Below are positions 9,857 to 19,783 of a stretch of 64,000 nt of DNA, piece by piece; position 1 is the first letter of the stretch, and each line of letters opens with the position of its first letter. The notes beneath the pieces were generated by a model. The model was not told the DNA's origin and did not search any database. It saw nothing but the letters and a program-made list of their open reading frames with translations. Origin of the DNA: an uncultured Gemmatimonadales bacterium (GTDB lineage Bacteria; Gemmatimonadota; Gemmatimonadetes; Gemmatimonadales; Gemmatimonadaceae); assembly GCA_963701965.1 (NCBI GenBank), contig OY969695.1:288001-352000 (forward strand), read 5' to 3'. Made by a program: the position numbers and the translations under genes.

Positions 9857-11308
9857 ATGACCGAATGGGCGTATCAAACCGCGACGTCAATGGCTCGCGC
9901 CATCCGAGAACGGCGTATCGGTTGCGGCGAGCTTCTCGAGCTTCATCTCGAGCGGGTGCGGCGTCATAACAAGACGCTCAACGCAATCATTGCGTTGGAC
10001 GTGGATCGTGCGTTTTCCCGGGCGCGCGCGGCGGACGCAGCGATTGCACGCGGCGAATCCTGGGGTCCGCTGCACGGCGTGCCGATGACCGTGAAAGACT
10101 CTTTCGACGTGGCTGGCCTGCCGACGACCTGGGGGATTCCGGCGCTTCGCGACAACGTCGCCGACATTAACGCGGCGAGCGTCGACTCCCTTCTAAACGC
10201 CGGTGCGATCGTCTTCGGTAAAACGAACGTCCCTCTGCTGCTTGGTGACCGACAGACGTTCAACGCGATACACGGTACGACGAACAATCCGTGGGATCCT
10301 GCGCGCACACCTGGCGGCTCATCGGGAGGCGCAGCTGCGGCGTTGGCAGCGGGCATGAGCGCGCTCGAAATGGGAAGCGACATCGGCTCCTCGATCACCA
10401 ATCCAGCGCATTGCTGCGGTGTCTACGGTCACAAGCCGAGCTTTGGCATCGTGCCTCAGCACGGGCATTGGATTCCGCAGGCGCGTGCGCCGCTTGACAT
10501 GCAGGTGTGCGGTCCGCTCGCGCGCGGCGCCGAGGATCTCGCGCTCGCGCTCGATGTGATCTCCGGCCCGGAACCGCTCGATCGGCCGGCGCGGACGATC
10601 AAGCTGCCCGGGCCACGCAAGACGACCTTGGCCGAGTTTCGTGTGGCCCTGATTCTCGACGACCCGATCTGCGGGGTCGACCGCGAAGTCGTCGACCGCA
10701 TCCAGGCTGTCGCCGATGCCGTGGCCCGGGCCGGCGCGCGTGTTCACGACAAGGCGCGGCCCCGGATCGACCCGCTGCGCGCACACGACCTGTTTGTGCA
10801 ACTGCTGCGCGGTGCGACGGGGGCACTCCTTTCGGATGATGCCTATGCCCAGTCCCGCGCGAAGGCCGACCAGCTTGCGCCCGGCGACCAAAGCCCCGGC
10901 GCACGCGGTTTGCGCGCCCTCGTGCAGGATCATCGCGCCTGGTTTGCGGCCCATGCCGAGCGCGAGGCCGTGCGCCGGGCTTGGGCAGCGTTCTTCGAGG
11001 AATACGACGTGGTGCTTTGCCCTGTCGCCGCCACTGCTGCGTTCCCGCACGATCACCGCGAGCGACTCGATCGCCGGATCGTCGTGAACGGGCGCGAGGA
11101 AGACTACAACGCGCAGCTCTACTGGGCGAGCATGACGAACCTGCCCTACCTGCCCGGAACGGTCGCGCCGGCAGGGCGCACTTCAGGTGGCCTGCCCGTC
11201 GGCGTACAGATCGTGGGTCCATACCTGGAAGACCACACGAGCATCGAGTTCGCGCGGCTGCTCGGGCAGGTCACCGAAGGATTCGTTCCCCCGCCTGGCT
11301 ATGAGTGA
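9857..11308 (+). CDS. Amidase (amidase-signature family)
   Basis: [24 protein letters not shown]...[30 protein letters not shown]. Intact frame. Confidence 0.93.
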   Translation: MTEWAYQTATSMARAIRERRIGCGELLELHLERVRRHNKTLNAIIALDVDRAFSRARAADAAIARGESWGPLHGVPMTVKDSFDVAGLPTTWGIPALRDNVADINAASVDSLLNAGAIVFGKTNVPLLLGDRQTFNAIHGTTNNPWDPARTPGGSSGGAAAALAAGMSALEMGSDIGSSITNPAHCCGVYGHKPSFGIVPQHGHWIPQARAPLDMQVCGPLARGAEDLALALDVISGPEPLDRPARTIKLPGPRKTTLAEFRVALILDDPICGVDREVVDRIQAVADAVARAGARVHDKARPRIDPLRAHDLFVQLLRGATGALLSDDAYAQSRAKADQLAPGDQSPGARGLRALVQDHRAWFAAHAEREAVRRAWAAFFEEYDVVLCPVAATAAFPHDHRERLDRRIVVNGREEDYNAQLYWASMTNLPYLPGTVAPAGRTSGGLPVGVQIVGPYLEDHTSIEFARLLGQVTEGFVPPPGYE

Positions 11309-12906
11309 AGTGCTGCGGCGGAATCCAACTGCGGCCAGGGACCGCGGCAAGGAGTTCGCGCGTGTAGTCATGCTGCGGGTCGGCGAATACGTCGGCAGTT
11401 GCTCCGAATTCGACGATTTCGCCGTGGCGCATCACCGCGATGCGTCGCAGAGCTGTGCAGCGACACGCAGGTCATGAGTGATGAAGAGCATCGTCAGATG
11501 AGGCGATCGCGGATTCGGCGAGGAGCCGAGCACCTGCGCCTGCACTGACACATCGAGCGCCGAGACGGGCTCGTCGGCGACCAGCATTCCGGTCTCAACG
11601 CGAGCGCGCGCGCTATGCCGATGCGCTGGCGCTGGCCACCCGAGAATTCATGGGGAAACGCGATTCGCGCGCGCGGGGTCGAGGCGGACGAGATCGAGCA
11701 GTTCGCGCGCGATCACAGGCCTCGCCGCCGGGACGCCGTGCAGAAGGGGCCCGGGCGATCAGTCCGCACGCGGTCGTCGCGGGTTGAGCGACCCGAAAGG
11801 GTCCTGGAACACCATCTGGAGGTTCGGTAAGGGCGGAGCCGGCGCCGAGATAGAGCGCTAAGGTCGACATGGTCGAGGCGGACCGTGCCTGCTCCGGCTC
11901 GAGCAGCCGGATGATGCAGCGCGCGAGTGTCGATTTGCCCGATCCGGATTCGCCGACCAGACCGAACGTCTCGCCGCGCCTCATCGCCAAATTCGCCTGC
12001 CTTCACCGCGCTGAATCGTCGTCGCGCGCGCGAAACATGCCGGCGCTCGTCCGAAGGATTCATCAGGCCGCTGACCTCGAGCAGCACTGGTGAATCCCCG
12101 AAGGAACGCGGCGGCCGCGGCACGAGGCGGGTACCGCCGCGATGAGCGATTGGGTGTAGGCGTGGTGCGGCGCGTTCAGAACCTGGTTGCGCGGGCCGAC
12201 TCGACGAGAAGGCCGTGCTCCATGACGGCGACGCGGTCGGCGATCTCGGCGACCACGCCGAAATCGTGGGTGATGAAGACGATGCCGGTGTCGTGCTCGC
12301 GGCTGCAGCTCCGTGATCAGCGAAAGGATCTGCGCCTGCGTCGTGACGTCGAGGGCGGTCGTCGGCTCGTCGGCGATGAGGATGCGGGCTCCAGCATCAG
12401 CGCCATGGCGATCATGGCGCGCTGGCGCTCCCCGCCCGAGAGCTCATGCGGGTAGGAGTGGATGATCGCGGCTCGGGGTCGGCGGGCGCACATCCTCGAA
12501 CATCGCGACGATGCGCGTGCGGCGCTCGGCCGCCGAAAGGCGCGCATGGGTCCGGATGACCTCGTCGACCTGGCGGCCGATCGTCATCAGGGGGTTCAGC
12601 GCCGTCATCGGCTCCTGGAAGATCATGGCGATCGCCGAGCCGCGAATCGCACGCATCCGCTCGGGCGCGGCGTGCAGGAGGTCCTCGCCCTCGAGAGGAC
12701 GCGGCCCGCGGTCACCTGCACGTGCGGGCTCGGCAGAGGCCGAGAATGCGCGCGCCAGCACGGATTTGCCGGAGCCCGATTCGCCAACGACGCAGAGGAT
12801 CTCGTTGCGTTCAGCTGAAGGAGACGTCGCTCGAGGCGGAGGCCGATCGCGCCCAGACGGCAGCGCGACGTAAGCCTGCTATGCGAGCATCGCGACGCTC
12901 GCTCAT
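11271..12906 (-). CDS. Peptide/nickel ABC transporter fused ATP-binding protein (system 1), heavily frameshifted
   Basis: Two NBDs in fragments: [60 protein letters not shown]. Confidence 0.75.
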
Positions 12907-13722
12907 ACGGTCCGCAGCCGCGGGTTGACGGCATCGTTGACACCTTCGCCTACGAGGTTGATGTCAGCACGGTGGAAGGATCGCGATTCCGGGATGGCGC
13001 AGAGCCACCAGGCGCCGCGCAGGAAGGTCCGGCCAGAGCCGATCATGAAGCCCCAGCTCATGGCGTTCGGTCGCCAAGGCCGAGGAAGGCGAGCGACGCC
13101 TCAGTCAGGATCGCGGTCGCAACCATAAGGAGCCGGTGACGATGATGGGCGAGACGACAGTTGGGCAGGATCTGGCGGATGATGATTGCGGGTCGCTCAT
13201 GCCCGGGCAGACGCAGCCTGCACGAATTCGCGCTCGCGCATCGCCAGGAATTCGCCGCGTACCAGCCGCGCGATCGGCGGCCAGCTGACGACCGCGATGG
13301 CGATGATGATGCTGCCTTCGACGGCGACATGATCGCCACCAGCACGATCGCGAAGAGAAGCGCGGGGATCGTCTGGAAGAACTCCGTGAAGCGCATCAAC
13401 GCGTCGTCGATCCAGCCTCCATAGAAGCCGGCAAGCGCGCCCGGAGCGTGCCGACGAGGACGCGACATGGTCGCAAGCAGGCCGACCACCAGCGAGGCGC
13501 GCGCCGCCATGCGCGAGCCCGGCTCGCAATGTCGCGACCGAGGGAGTCCGTGCCGAAGAGGTAGCGCCGAACGGCGGCAAGAACGGCTTGGCGACGATGC
13601 GAAAAGGGTTGCCGGGAAGAAGAGCGGTGCGCACGGGCGACCAGCACTACGAAACAGAGGAATGCGAATCCGAGGCGGCTGGCGCGATTGCGGACGAAGC
13701 GGCGCCAGAATGACTGCTGCAT
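12903..13722 (-). CDS. Peptide ABC transporter permease DppC-like (system 1), frameshifted
   Basis: FWRRFVRN, FGTDSLGRD, DDALMRFTEFFQTIP, SWPPIARLVRGEFL, TEASLAFLGLGD. Confidence 0.75.
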
Positions 13723-13726
13723 GCGC

Positions 13727-14686
13727 TCAGCCGTGGTGATGCGCGGGTCTAGGGCCCGATAGATCAGGTCGACGATGAGGTTGACGAGTACCACCAGCAT
13801 GCGGACAGGAAGAAGATTCCAAGCAGCAAGTTGAAGTCGCGGGCAAACAGGCACTGGAGGCGAGCTGGCCAAGGCCCGGCCATGCGAACACCGATTCGAC
13901 AACAACCGATCCCCCGAGAAGGCTGCCGACCTGAACGCCTGCCATGGTGACCACCGGCAGCAAGCGTTGCGAAGTACATGGCGGTAGGTAATAGCCGCTC
14001 CGTCAGACCTTTGGAGCGCGCAGTCACCACGTAGTCCATGCCGCGCTGGTCGAGAATCGCTGCGCGCATCATCCGCGTGTAGAGTGCCATGTAGAAAAGC
14101 GACAGCGTGAGCGTCGGCAGCACGAGATGGCGCGCAATGTCGACGACGCGATCCCATCCTTCATTGAAGGCGATGACATCCTCCATCCCGGTCGTCGGCA
14201 GCCAGTCGAGCTTGATCGAGAACAGCAGGATAAGCATCAGGCCGACCCAGAACAGCGGCGTCGCATAGGCGAGACTGCGAGGACCGAGATAATCGGTCGG
14301 CGAAGTGTTGACGCCGGTCGCCGCCAGGAGCCGAGCAGCACGCCGCTCAGGCGGAGACCAGAAGCGTGGTCCCCATCAGCAGCAGCGTCGGCCAAGGCGC
14401 GCGAAAATCAATTGGGCCACCGGCGTGCCGTGGCGGAAGGAATAGCCGAGATCGAGGTAAGGCACGTTCTTCAAGTAGAGCAGCAGCTGGACGTGGAGCG
14501 GCTGGTCGAGCCCGAAGGTCTCGCGAAGGTGGCGACGTATTCGGGCGGCGCTCCGCCCGGACTTCCCGGCGAGCACATCGCCGCGTCGCCGGGCGCGAGA
14601 TGCAGCATCAGGAAATTGAGCACGACGATGCCGATGAGGATCGGCACCACCTGGGAGTCAGCCGCGCCGCGAAACGCAATGTACAT
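13727..14686 (-). CDS. Peptide ABC transporter permease DppB-like (system 1), frameshifted
   Basis: [65 protein letters not shown]. Confidence 0.75.
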
Positions 14687-14700
14687 CGAGGCGATCCTCG

Positions 14701-14776
14701 TTCCGCTCAGCCCGCGCATGCGGGCATCCAGCAAGGTCAGGCGTTCTGGATCCCCGCTTTCGGGGGATGAGCGGAA
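14701..14776. repeat. REP/RIME-like palindromic doublet
   Basis: TTCCGCTCA-GCCCGC(GCAT)GCGGGC-ATCCAG ... CTGGAT-CCCCGCTTTCGGGGG-ATGAGCGGAA: two inverted hairpin units. Confidence 0.65.
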
Positions 14777-14877
14777 AAGGCCCCTTCCCGCGACTGCGCG
14801 CGCGGACGAGGCGCTCGAATCGGCCCCGCCCAAATGTCAGCGTGATCGAGCCCATCGGCACTCCCCTCAGGCCTCGC

Positions 14878-16481
14878 TCACTTCTCGAGATGCGCATAGG
14901 CGAAGGAGCCGTAGATGCCCAGCGGTGTCACGATCAGGTCCTGATACGCTTGTTGAGGACCGTCGGGAAGTCACCTCGTGCGACCCAGACGATAGGCGCG
15001 GCCTCAACGGTGAGCTTCTGGAATTCGTGTAGTAGTCGATTCGCTTGGCATGGTCCGGCTCGACAGTGGCGCATGTCCATCAGTTCGTCCGTGCGCGGCG
15101 AGGACCAGCCGGCCGTTCACGAACACGGTCCCCTGCTGGATCAGTTGGAATGCTATTAGCGATGCACGCCGATCGCCGGATCGGCGAGGTTGAACAGCTA
15201 ATTTGAGGTGAGCAAGAAATCGTAGTCCGTGTAGATGCGCTTCTGCCACGTCGCCAGATCCTCGAGCGCAAGGTCGCCTTGATGCCGACTTGCCGAGCTG
15301 CTGCTGCACATACTCGCCGAAACGCTGCCATTCCTCCCCGTACGGGGAGGACGTCGTGAACGATCTCGAAGCGGGTGCCGTCCGCCTTGCGCGGAAGGCC
15401 GGCTTCGTCGAGCAATATGTTCGCCATCTCGACGGCGTTGGGCACGTTGTAGTTGCTCACATCGGCGGAATAGAGCCCGGTGACCTCGAAATTGGAACTC
15501 ATCGCGCCGGTCGCCGGCTTGCCGAAGCCGAAGAAGATGTTGTCGATCGCAAATTGCCGATCGACTGCGCACGACAGCGCCTGTCGCACCTTCACATTGT
15601 CGAAGGGCGGACGCTTGCGGTATTGATAATTGAGCTCGATCATCGGCGAGATCATCTCGAGGCCCGTGGTGGTCACCACGATGTTCGGCAATGCCGTGAG
15701 CCTCTTGACATCGCTGTAGGGGACGGCGCCAAAGCCCGAGACATCGGCCTCGCCTTTTTCCAGAGTGACGGTTCGCGTCGCGGAATCGGCGTATGAAACG
15801 AATGACGATGCGGTCGAGATAGGGCTGGCCATTTGCAGTAGTCGGGATTGCGGTCGAGCCGAATGAACTCGCCGCGCCGCCATTCGACGAAATTGAAGGG
15901 TCCCGTGCCGACCGGCTTGTTGGCGTATTCGTGATTGCGGATATCGCCGGTGCCGTAGATGTGCTTCGGGAGCATCGGCGTCTGGCGTCCCGAGAACGAG
16001 GACATCATATAAGGCGCGGGGTGCGCCAACTGAAGATGGCGGTCTCTGCGTCGGGCGTCTCGACCGCGGTCACTTCCTGGAAGCCAGGGATGCCGAGAGG
16101 ATGAATTTTCTCAGCACCTCCATGACGGAGAATTGCACGTCGGCCAGGTGAACGGCATGCCATCATGGAACTTCACGTCGTCGCCGCAGCTTGAAGGTGA
16201 TGGTCTTGCCGTCTGGTGAGACGGTCCAGGAGTTCCGCCAGGCTGGGCTGAGGCTTCTGGTCGAACCCGTATTCGAGCAGGCCGCCGAAGATCTTCCCTG
16301 TCACCTCGCCGATAGGCGTGGACGTGCTGAGGTAGCCGGCGAGCGAGGGTGGTTCCGGATTCGTGATCTGAACCAGAGTGCCGCCGCGCTTTTGTGCGAG
16401 AGCGGGCTCCGGCGCTGCGCACAACGCGATGGCCAGCAACGTGCCTGCAAGCACGCGACTCAAGATCACCAATGCAGACAT
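14878..16481 (-). CDS. Peptide ABC transporter substrate-binding protein (SBP family 5, system 1), frameshifted
   Basis: Signal peptide, KRGGTLV, EPPSL, VKFHDG, PVGTGPFNFVEWRRG, PFDNVKVRQAL. RBS GGAGG. Confidence 0.8.
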
Positions 16482-16540
16482 GAACACCTCCTGAGTTCCT
16501 CCTCGCCCCTGGTTGGCACCCGGCTCGGCGGTCGGTGTGC

Positions 16541-16598
16541 TATCCAGATGATGGAACTGTGTTTCTGAAGTCTGGCACCTGGATTAGGGCCGTGTCAA
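16541..16598 (-). promoter_or_regulatory. Sigma70-like promoter plus tandem IclR-type operators for ABC system 1
   Basis: TTGACA(16598-93)-N18-CAGACT. Boxes TATCCA-GATGA-TGGAAC (16541-57) and TTTCTG-AAGTC-TGGCAC (16562-78). Confidence 0.6.
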
Positions 16599-16701
16599 AG
16601 GGGCGAATACCTAACAGAAGGGGCGCAGCGGGCTCGATTTGTTCGGCGTTCCACCTTTGAGAACGACCAGCTTGTCGTCTCTTTCACTCGAGCGCATTCG
16701 T

Positions 16702-18093
16702 TCAGTGCGCAGCCCGCCCGGGAACGAATTGGCCGCAACCGGGCTGAGCGGCGACGACACCATCTTTCATGATGGTTCGCCCCCGCACGATGGTGCGCAC
16801 CGGCATGCCTCGGGTCCGGATGCCGTCCCAGGACGTGTGGCCGGAGCGGCTCGCCATGTGCTCCTTGCGGAACTCGTTCGGCTGGTTCATGTCCACGATC
16901 GTGAAATCGGCATCCGCGCCAATCTCGATCGCGCCCTTGCGTGGATAGACCCCGAATCGCCTGGCCGGCGCCAGCGCGCAGAGTCGGGCAACGTCCTCGA
17001 GCGAGAGTCTTCCTTCGTTGACCGCGTTGAGGACGAGGGGGATGAACTCCTGTGCGCCGGTGATGCCCAGAGGAACCGAGAAGTTGTCTTGCCAGCCAGG
17101 CTTCGTCTCCTCGAAGGTGTGTGGAGCGTGCTCGCCGACGAGCATGTCCGCCACTCCGTTGCGCACCGCCTGCCAATGAGAATCCGGGTTGTAGGCCCAA
17201 AGATAGGCGTTGGGGCCGACCTTGCCGGCCTGCTCGCGCGTCATGAACAGCGCGGCGGTTTCCATTTCGCCGGTCACATCCTGACCCAGGTCGAACTTTG
17301 CATGGCGGATGAGCTCATTGGTCGCGGCGGGCATCACGCCCATGTGCAGGACGTGCAACGGTGTCTTCGTCAACTGGGCGTAGTAGAGACTCGCTGCAAG
17401 ACCGGCACCCATGCCGTGCCCGTACATGTAGCCTTTGGCATAGCAGTCGAAATAGTCCTCGACCGTGGTCTTGCCCTGGTCGATGTAGTCGCGGAACACG
17501 AGGCGCTTGCACCATTCACTGTCGTCGTGGTGGACCGAACAGACTAGCCCTTGGTCGGAAACAGCCTCGAAGATCTCGTAGAGGATGCCGTGATCGACGA
17601 CGCCCAGCTCGCTGATGTAGGGGTACACCTCGCGCACATGACGCGTATTGAAGACCTTGATGGCGATCGCGCCCTCGCGAGCCAGGTCGGCAATCGTCTT
17701 GGGGTACAGGCCGCCTCCATAGAGCCCGAAATCAATTAACGCCTTGCTTCTGACGAGTTCGCGCTTTCGCACGAAAGTCTCCCGGGTCGTCGGATGCGGG
17801 TCGTTGTTGGTCATGTCCATGCAGAACGTGATGCCGCCCAGCGCGGCCGCCCGGGTGCCGGACTCGAAATCTTCCTTGTAGGTATGCCCCGGCTCGCGAA
17901 AGTGCACATGGACATGCCACAGGCCGGGCATGACGACCAGACCGCTCGCATCGATCACGGAGGCGCCAGCCACTTCCTCGCCCGGATCCATCACCGATAC
18001 GATGCGCTCGCCGTTCACGCACACCGTGGCCGCACGCTTGGCCACGGGCAGCACGACCTCTCCGCCCCGAATCACCAGATCGTAGGTTCTCAT
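16702..18093 (-). CDS. Cyclic amidohydrolase (dihydroorotase/allantoinase/hydantoinase family)
   Basis: YDLVIRGG, PGLWHVHVHFREPG, EDFESGTRAAALGGIT, IKVF, HVLH, GEHAPH, KGAIEIGADAD. Confidence 0.88.
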   Translation of the reverse strand: MRTYDLVIRGGEVVLPVAKRAATVCVNGERIVSVMDPGEEVAGASVIDASGLVVMPGLWHVHVHFREPGHTYKEDFESGTRAAALGGITFCMDMTNNDPHPTTRETFVRKRELVRSKALIDFGLYGGGLYPKTIADLAREGAIAIKVFNTRHVREVYPYISELGVVDHGILYEIFEAVSDQGLVCSVHHDDSEWCKRLVFRDYIDQGKTTVEDYFDCYAKGYMYGHGMGAGLAASLYYAQLTKTPLHVLHMGVMPAATNELIRHAKFDLGQDVTGEMETAALFMTREQAGKVGPNAYLWAYNPDSHWQAVRNGVADMLVGEHAPHTFEETKPGWQDNFSVPLGITGAQEFIPLVLNAVNEGRLSLEDVARLCALAPARRFGVYPRKGAIEIGADADFTIVDMNQPNEFRKEHMASRSGHTSWDGIRTRGMPVRTIVRGRTIMKDGVVAAQPGCGQFVPGRAAH

Positions 18094-18312
18094 AAGGCCC
18101 TCTCTGAGCAGTCGGTCGTCGCTCGCGGCAATGAGCGCGTTTCTCCGAGTGCCATCCACCAAACAGCATAATCGCCGAATGGAGAGTCGCGAAGAGGACG
18201 ACGCCGGGATTTCCAAGCTTGGTGCGAAATGCGGCTGGTTGAAAAGATCTCTCGCATGTAGCCTCGCGCGAGACATTGCCGCCCCTGGTCGACTCCGCTG
18301 CAAGTCCGCTTG

Positions 18313-18630
18313 ATGTGCGAAGTCTGCGCGGCCTTTGGGCGAGGCAACCACTGGACGGCGCGTGCGAGCGGGGTGCCGGATGCCATCGAATCCACCGATC
18401 TTCGCGGCTACCGCGGCGAACGCAGGAATGCGCTGCGGCTGATCAATGCACTACTGGCGCCAAAGGGATTGTGGGCCGATGACTGGGATGGCGATGCATA
18501 TCTGGTGAGCGCGCCGAACGGCGCGGCAGTCAAGGCCGCGCATCTGGCCGAGATCTGGGCCGTCGCCAAGCGCCTGGGAGGTGTCGAGGTCGATCCCCTG
18601 GCCGATGATTTCCTGGATGCCGCGCGATGA
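18313..18630 (+). CDS. Small CxxC-containing hypothetical protein
   Basis: MCEVCAAFGRGNHW...; ATGA overlap with the CobW-family gene. Confidence 0.7.
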   Translation: MCEVCAAFGRGNHWTARASGVPDAIESTDLRGYRGERRNALRLINALLAPKGLWADDWDGDAYLVSAPNGAAVKAAHLAEIWAVAKRLGGVEVDPLADDFLDAAR

Positions 18631-19685
18631 GGCTTCGCTCGCGTGTCCGCCTACACGTACTGACCGGGTTTCTCGGTTCCGGCAAGTCGACGCTGTTGCG
18701 CGCGTACTTGCACGCGAAAGATCACGGTATCCGTACTGCGGTGCTGATCAACGAGTTCGGTGCAGTCGCGATCGACAATGCCTTGGTGAGGTCGGTATCG
18801 CCCTATGCGCAGACGCTGACCGGCGGGTGCGCCTGCTGCACCGTGGATCGGGCGCTGATCGAGGCGCTCATCGCCATCCTCACCCAGATCGAGTCCGGAG
18901 AGACGCCGAAGGTCACCGACATCGTCCTCGAGACCTCGGGCATGGCCGACCCGAGCCGCATCATCGGGACCATCGCCGACGAGATCAATCTCGCCGAATA
19001 TCTGGAAATCGCGAACTGCGTCACGTGTGTCGAGGCCGGTACCGACGCGGCGCAGCCGAAGCGATATCCGGAAATCGGCAACCAGATCGCCTGCGCGAGC
19101 CGCTTGGTTCTCACGAAGACCGACCTGACCACGGCCGCCGCCGCGCTCGCGACTGCCAGACTGCTGAACGAGATGAACCCCTTGGCCGAAATCCGGTACG
19201 CCACCGATTTCAGGGTCGGAAGCGCGGATCTCTTCGCCCCATCGAAGGGGCCGAATCACTCGCCTCCCCTGCCGAGGACTCACGGTTCGCGCCTGAAGGC
19301 CTTCCAGATCGACCTGGACACCCGCATGGGCTGGACGGCCTTCTCGGTCTGGCTGACGGCATTGATGCACCGGCACGGCGACAAGATCCTGCGGTTCAAA
19401 GGAGTGGTGCCTCTGGAGCGCACCGGGCGTGCGCTGGTTCTTCAAAGCGTGCGGCATCGAGTCTCGGAACCCGAGCATCTCGACCTCGCCAGCGCCGACG
19501 ACGGCATCGGTTTTGGCCTCGTGTTCATCTGCGACGGAGACTTCGAAATGCGCGTGCGGCTGTCGATGCAGAAGTTCCAGGATCTGGTCGACCGGATGGC
19601 GCAACCGCTAGTACTACAGCCCGTTCTGCGTAGTCTCGCGCAACGCGCTCACGCTGATTCGCCACGCGGGCATCGAGCCCACTAG
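18627..19685 (+). CDS. COG0523/CobW-family P-loop GTPase metallochaperone
   Basis: LTGFLGSGKSTLL, INEFG, GGCACC (CxCC), ETSGMADP, TKTD, ILRFKG. Confidence 0.92.
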   Translation: MRLRSRVRLHVLTGFLGSGKSTLLRAYLHAKDHGIRTAVLINEFGAVAIDNALVRSVSPYAQTLTGGCACCTVDRALIEALIAILTQIESGETPKVTDIVLETSGMADPSRIIGTIADEINLAEYLEIANCVTCVEAGTDAAQPKRYPEIGNQIACASRLVLTKTDLTTAAAALATARLLNEMNPLAEIRYATDFRVGSADLFAPSKGPNHSPPLPRTHGSRLKAFQIDLDTRMGWTAFSVWLTALMHRHGDKILRFKGVVPLERTGRALVLQSVRHRVSEPEHLDLASADDGIGFGLVFICDGDFEMRVRLSMQKFQDLVDRMAQPLVLQPVLRSLAQRAHADSPRGHRAH

Positions 19686-19709
19686 ATGGCGCTGGTCGGG
19701 TTGCGCCGG

Positions 19710-19749
19710 TAGAATCATTTCGTGGATCTCTCGTTCCATATTTGAGAAC
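19710..19749 (+). promoter_or_regulatory. Tandem IclR-type operators upstream of molybdoenzyme 1
   Basis: GAATCA-TTTCG-TGGATC (19712-28) and GTTCCA-TATTT-GAGAAC (19733-49). TAGAAT -10-like at 19710. Confidence 0.55.
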
Positions 19750-19783
19750 GTTACATGCCTCGCCTCCGCGAAGCCGCCTGGCC

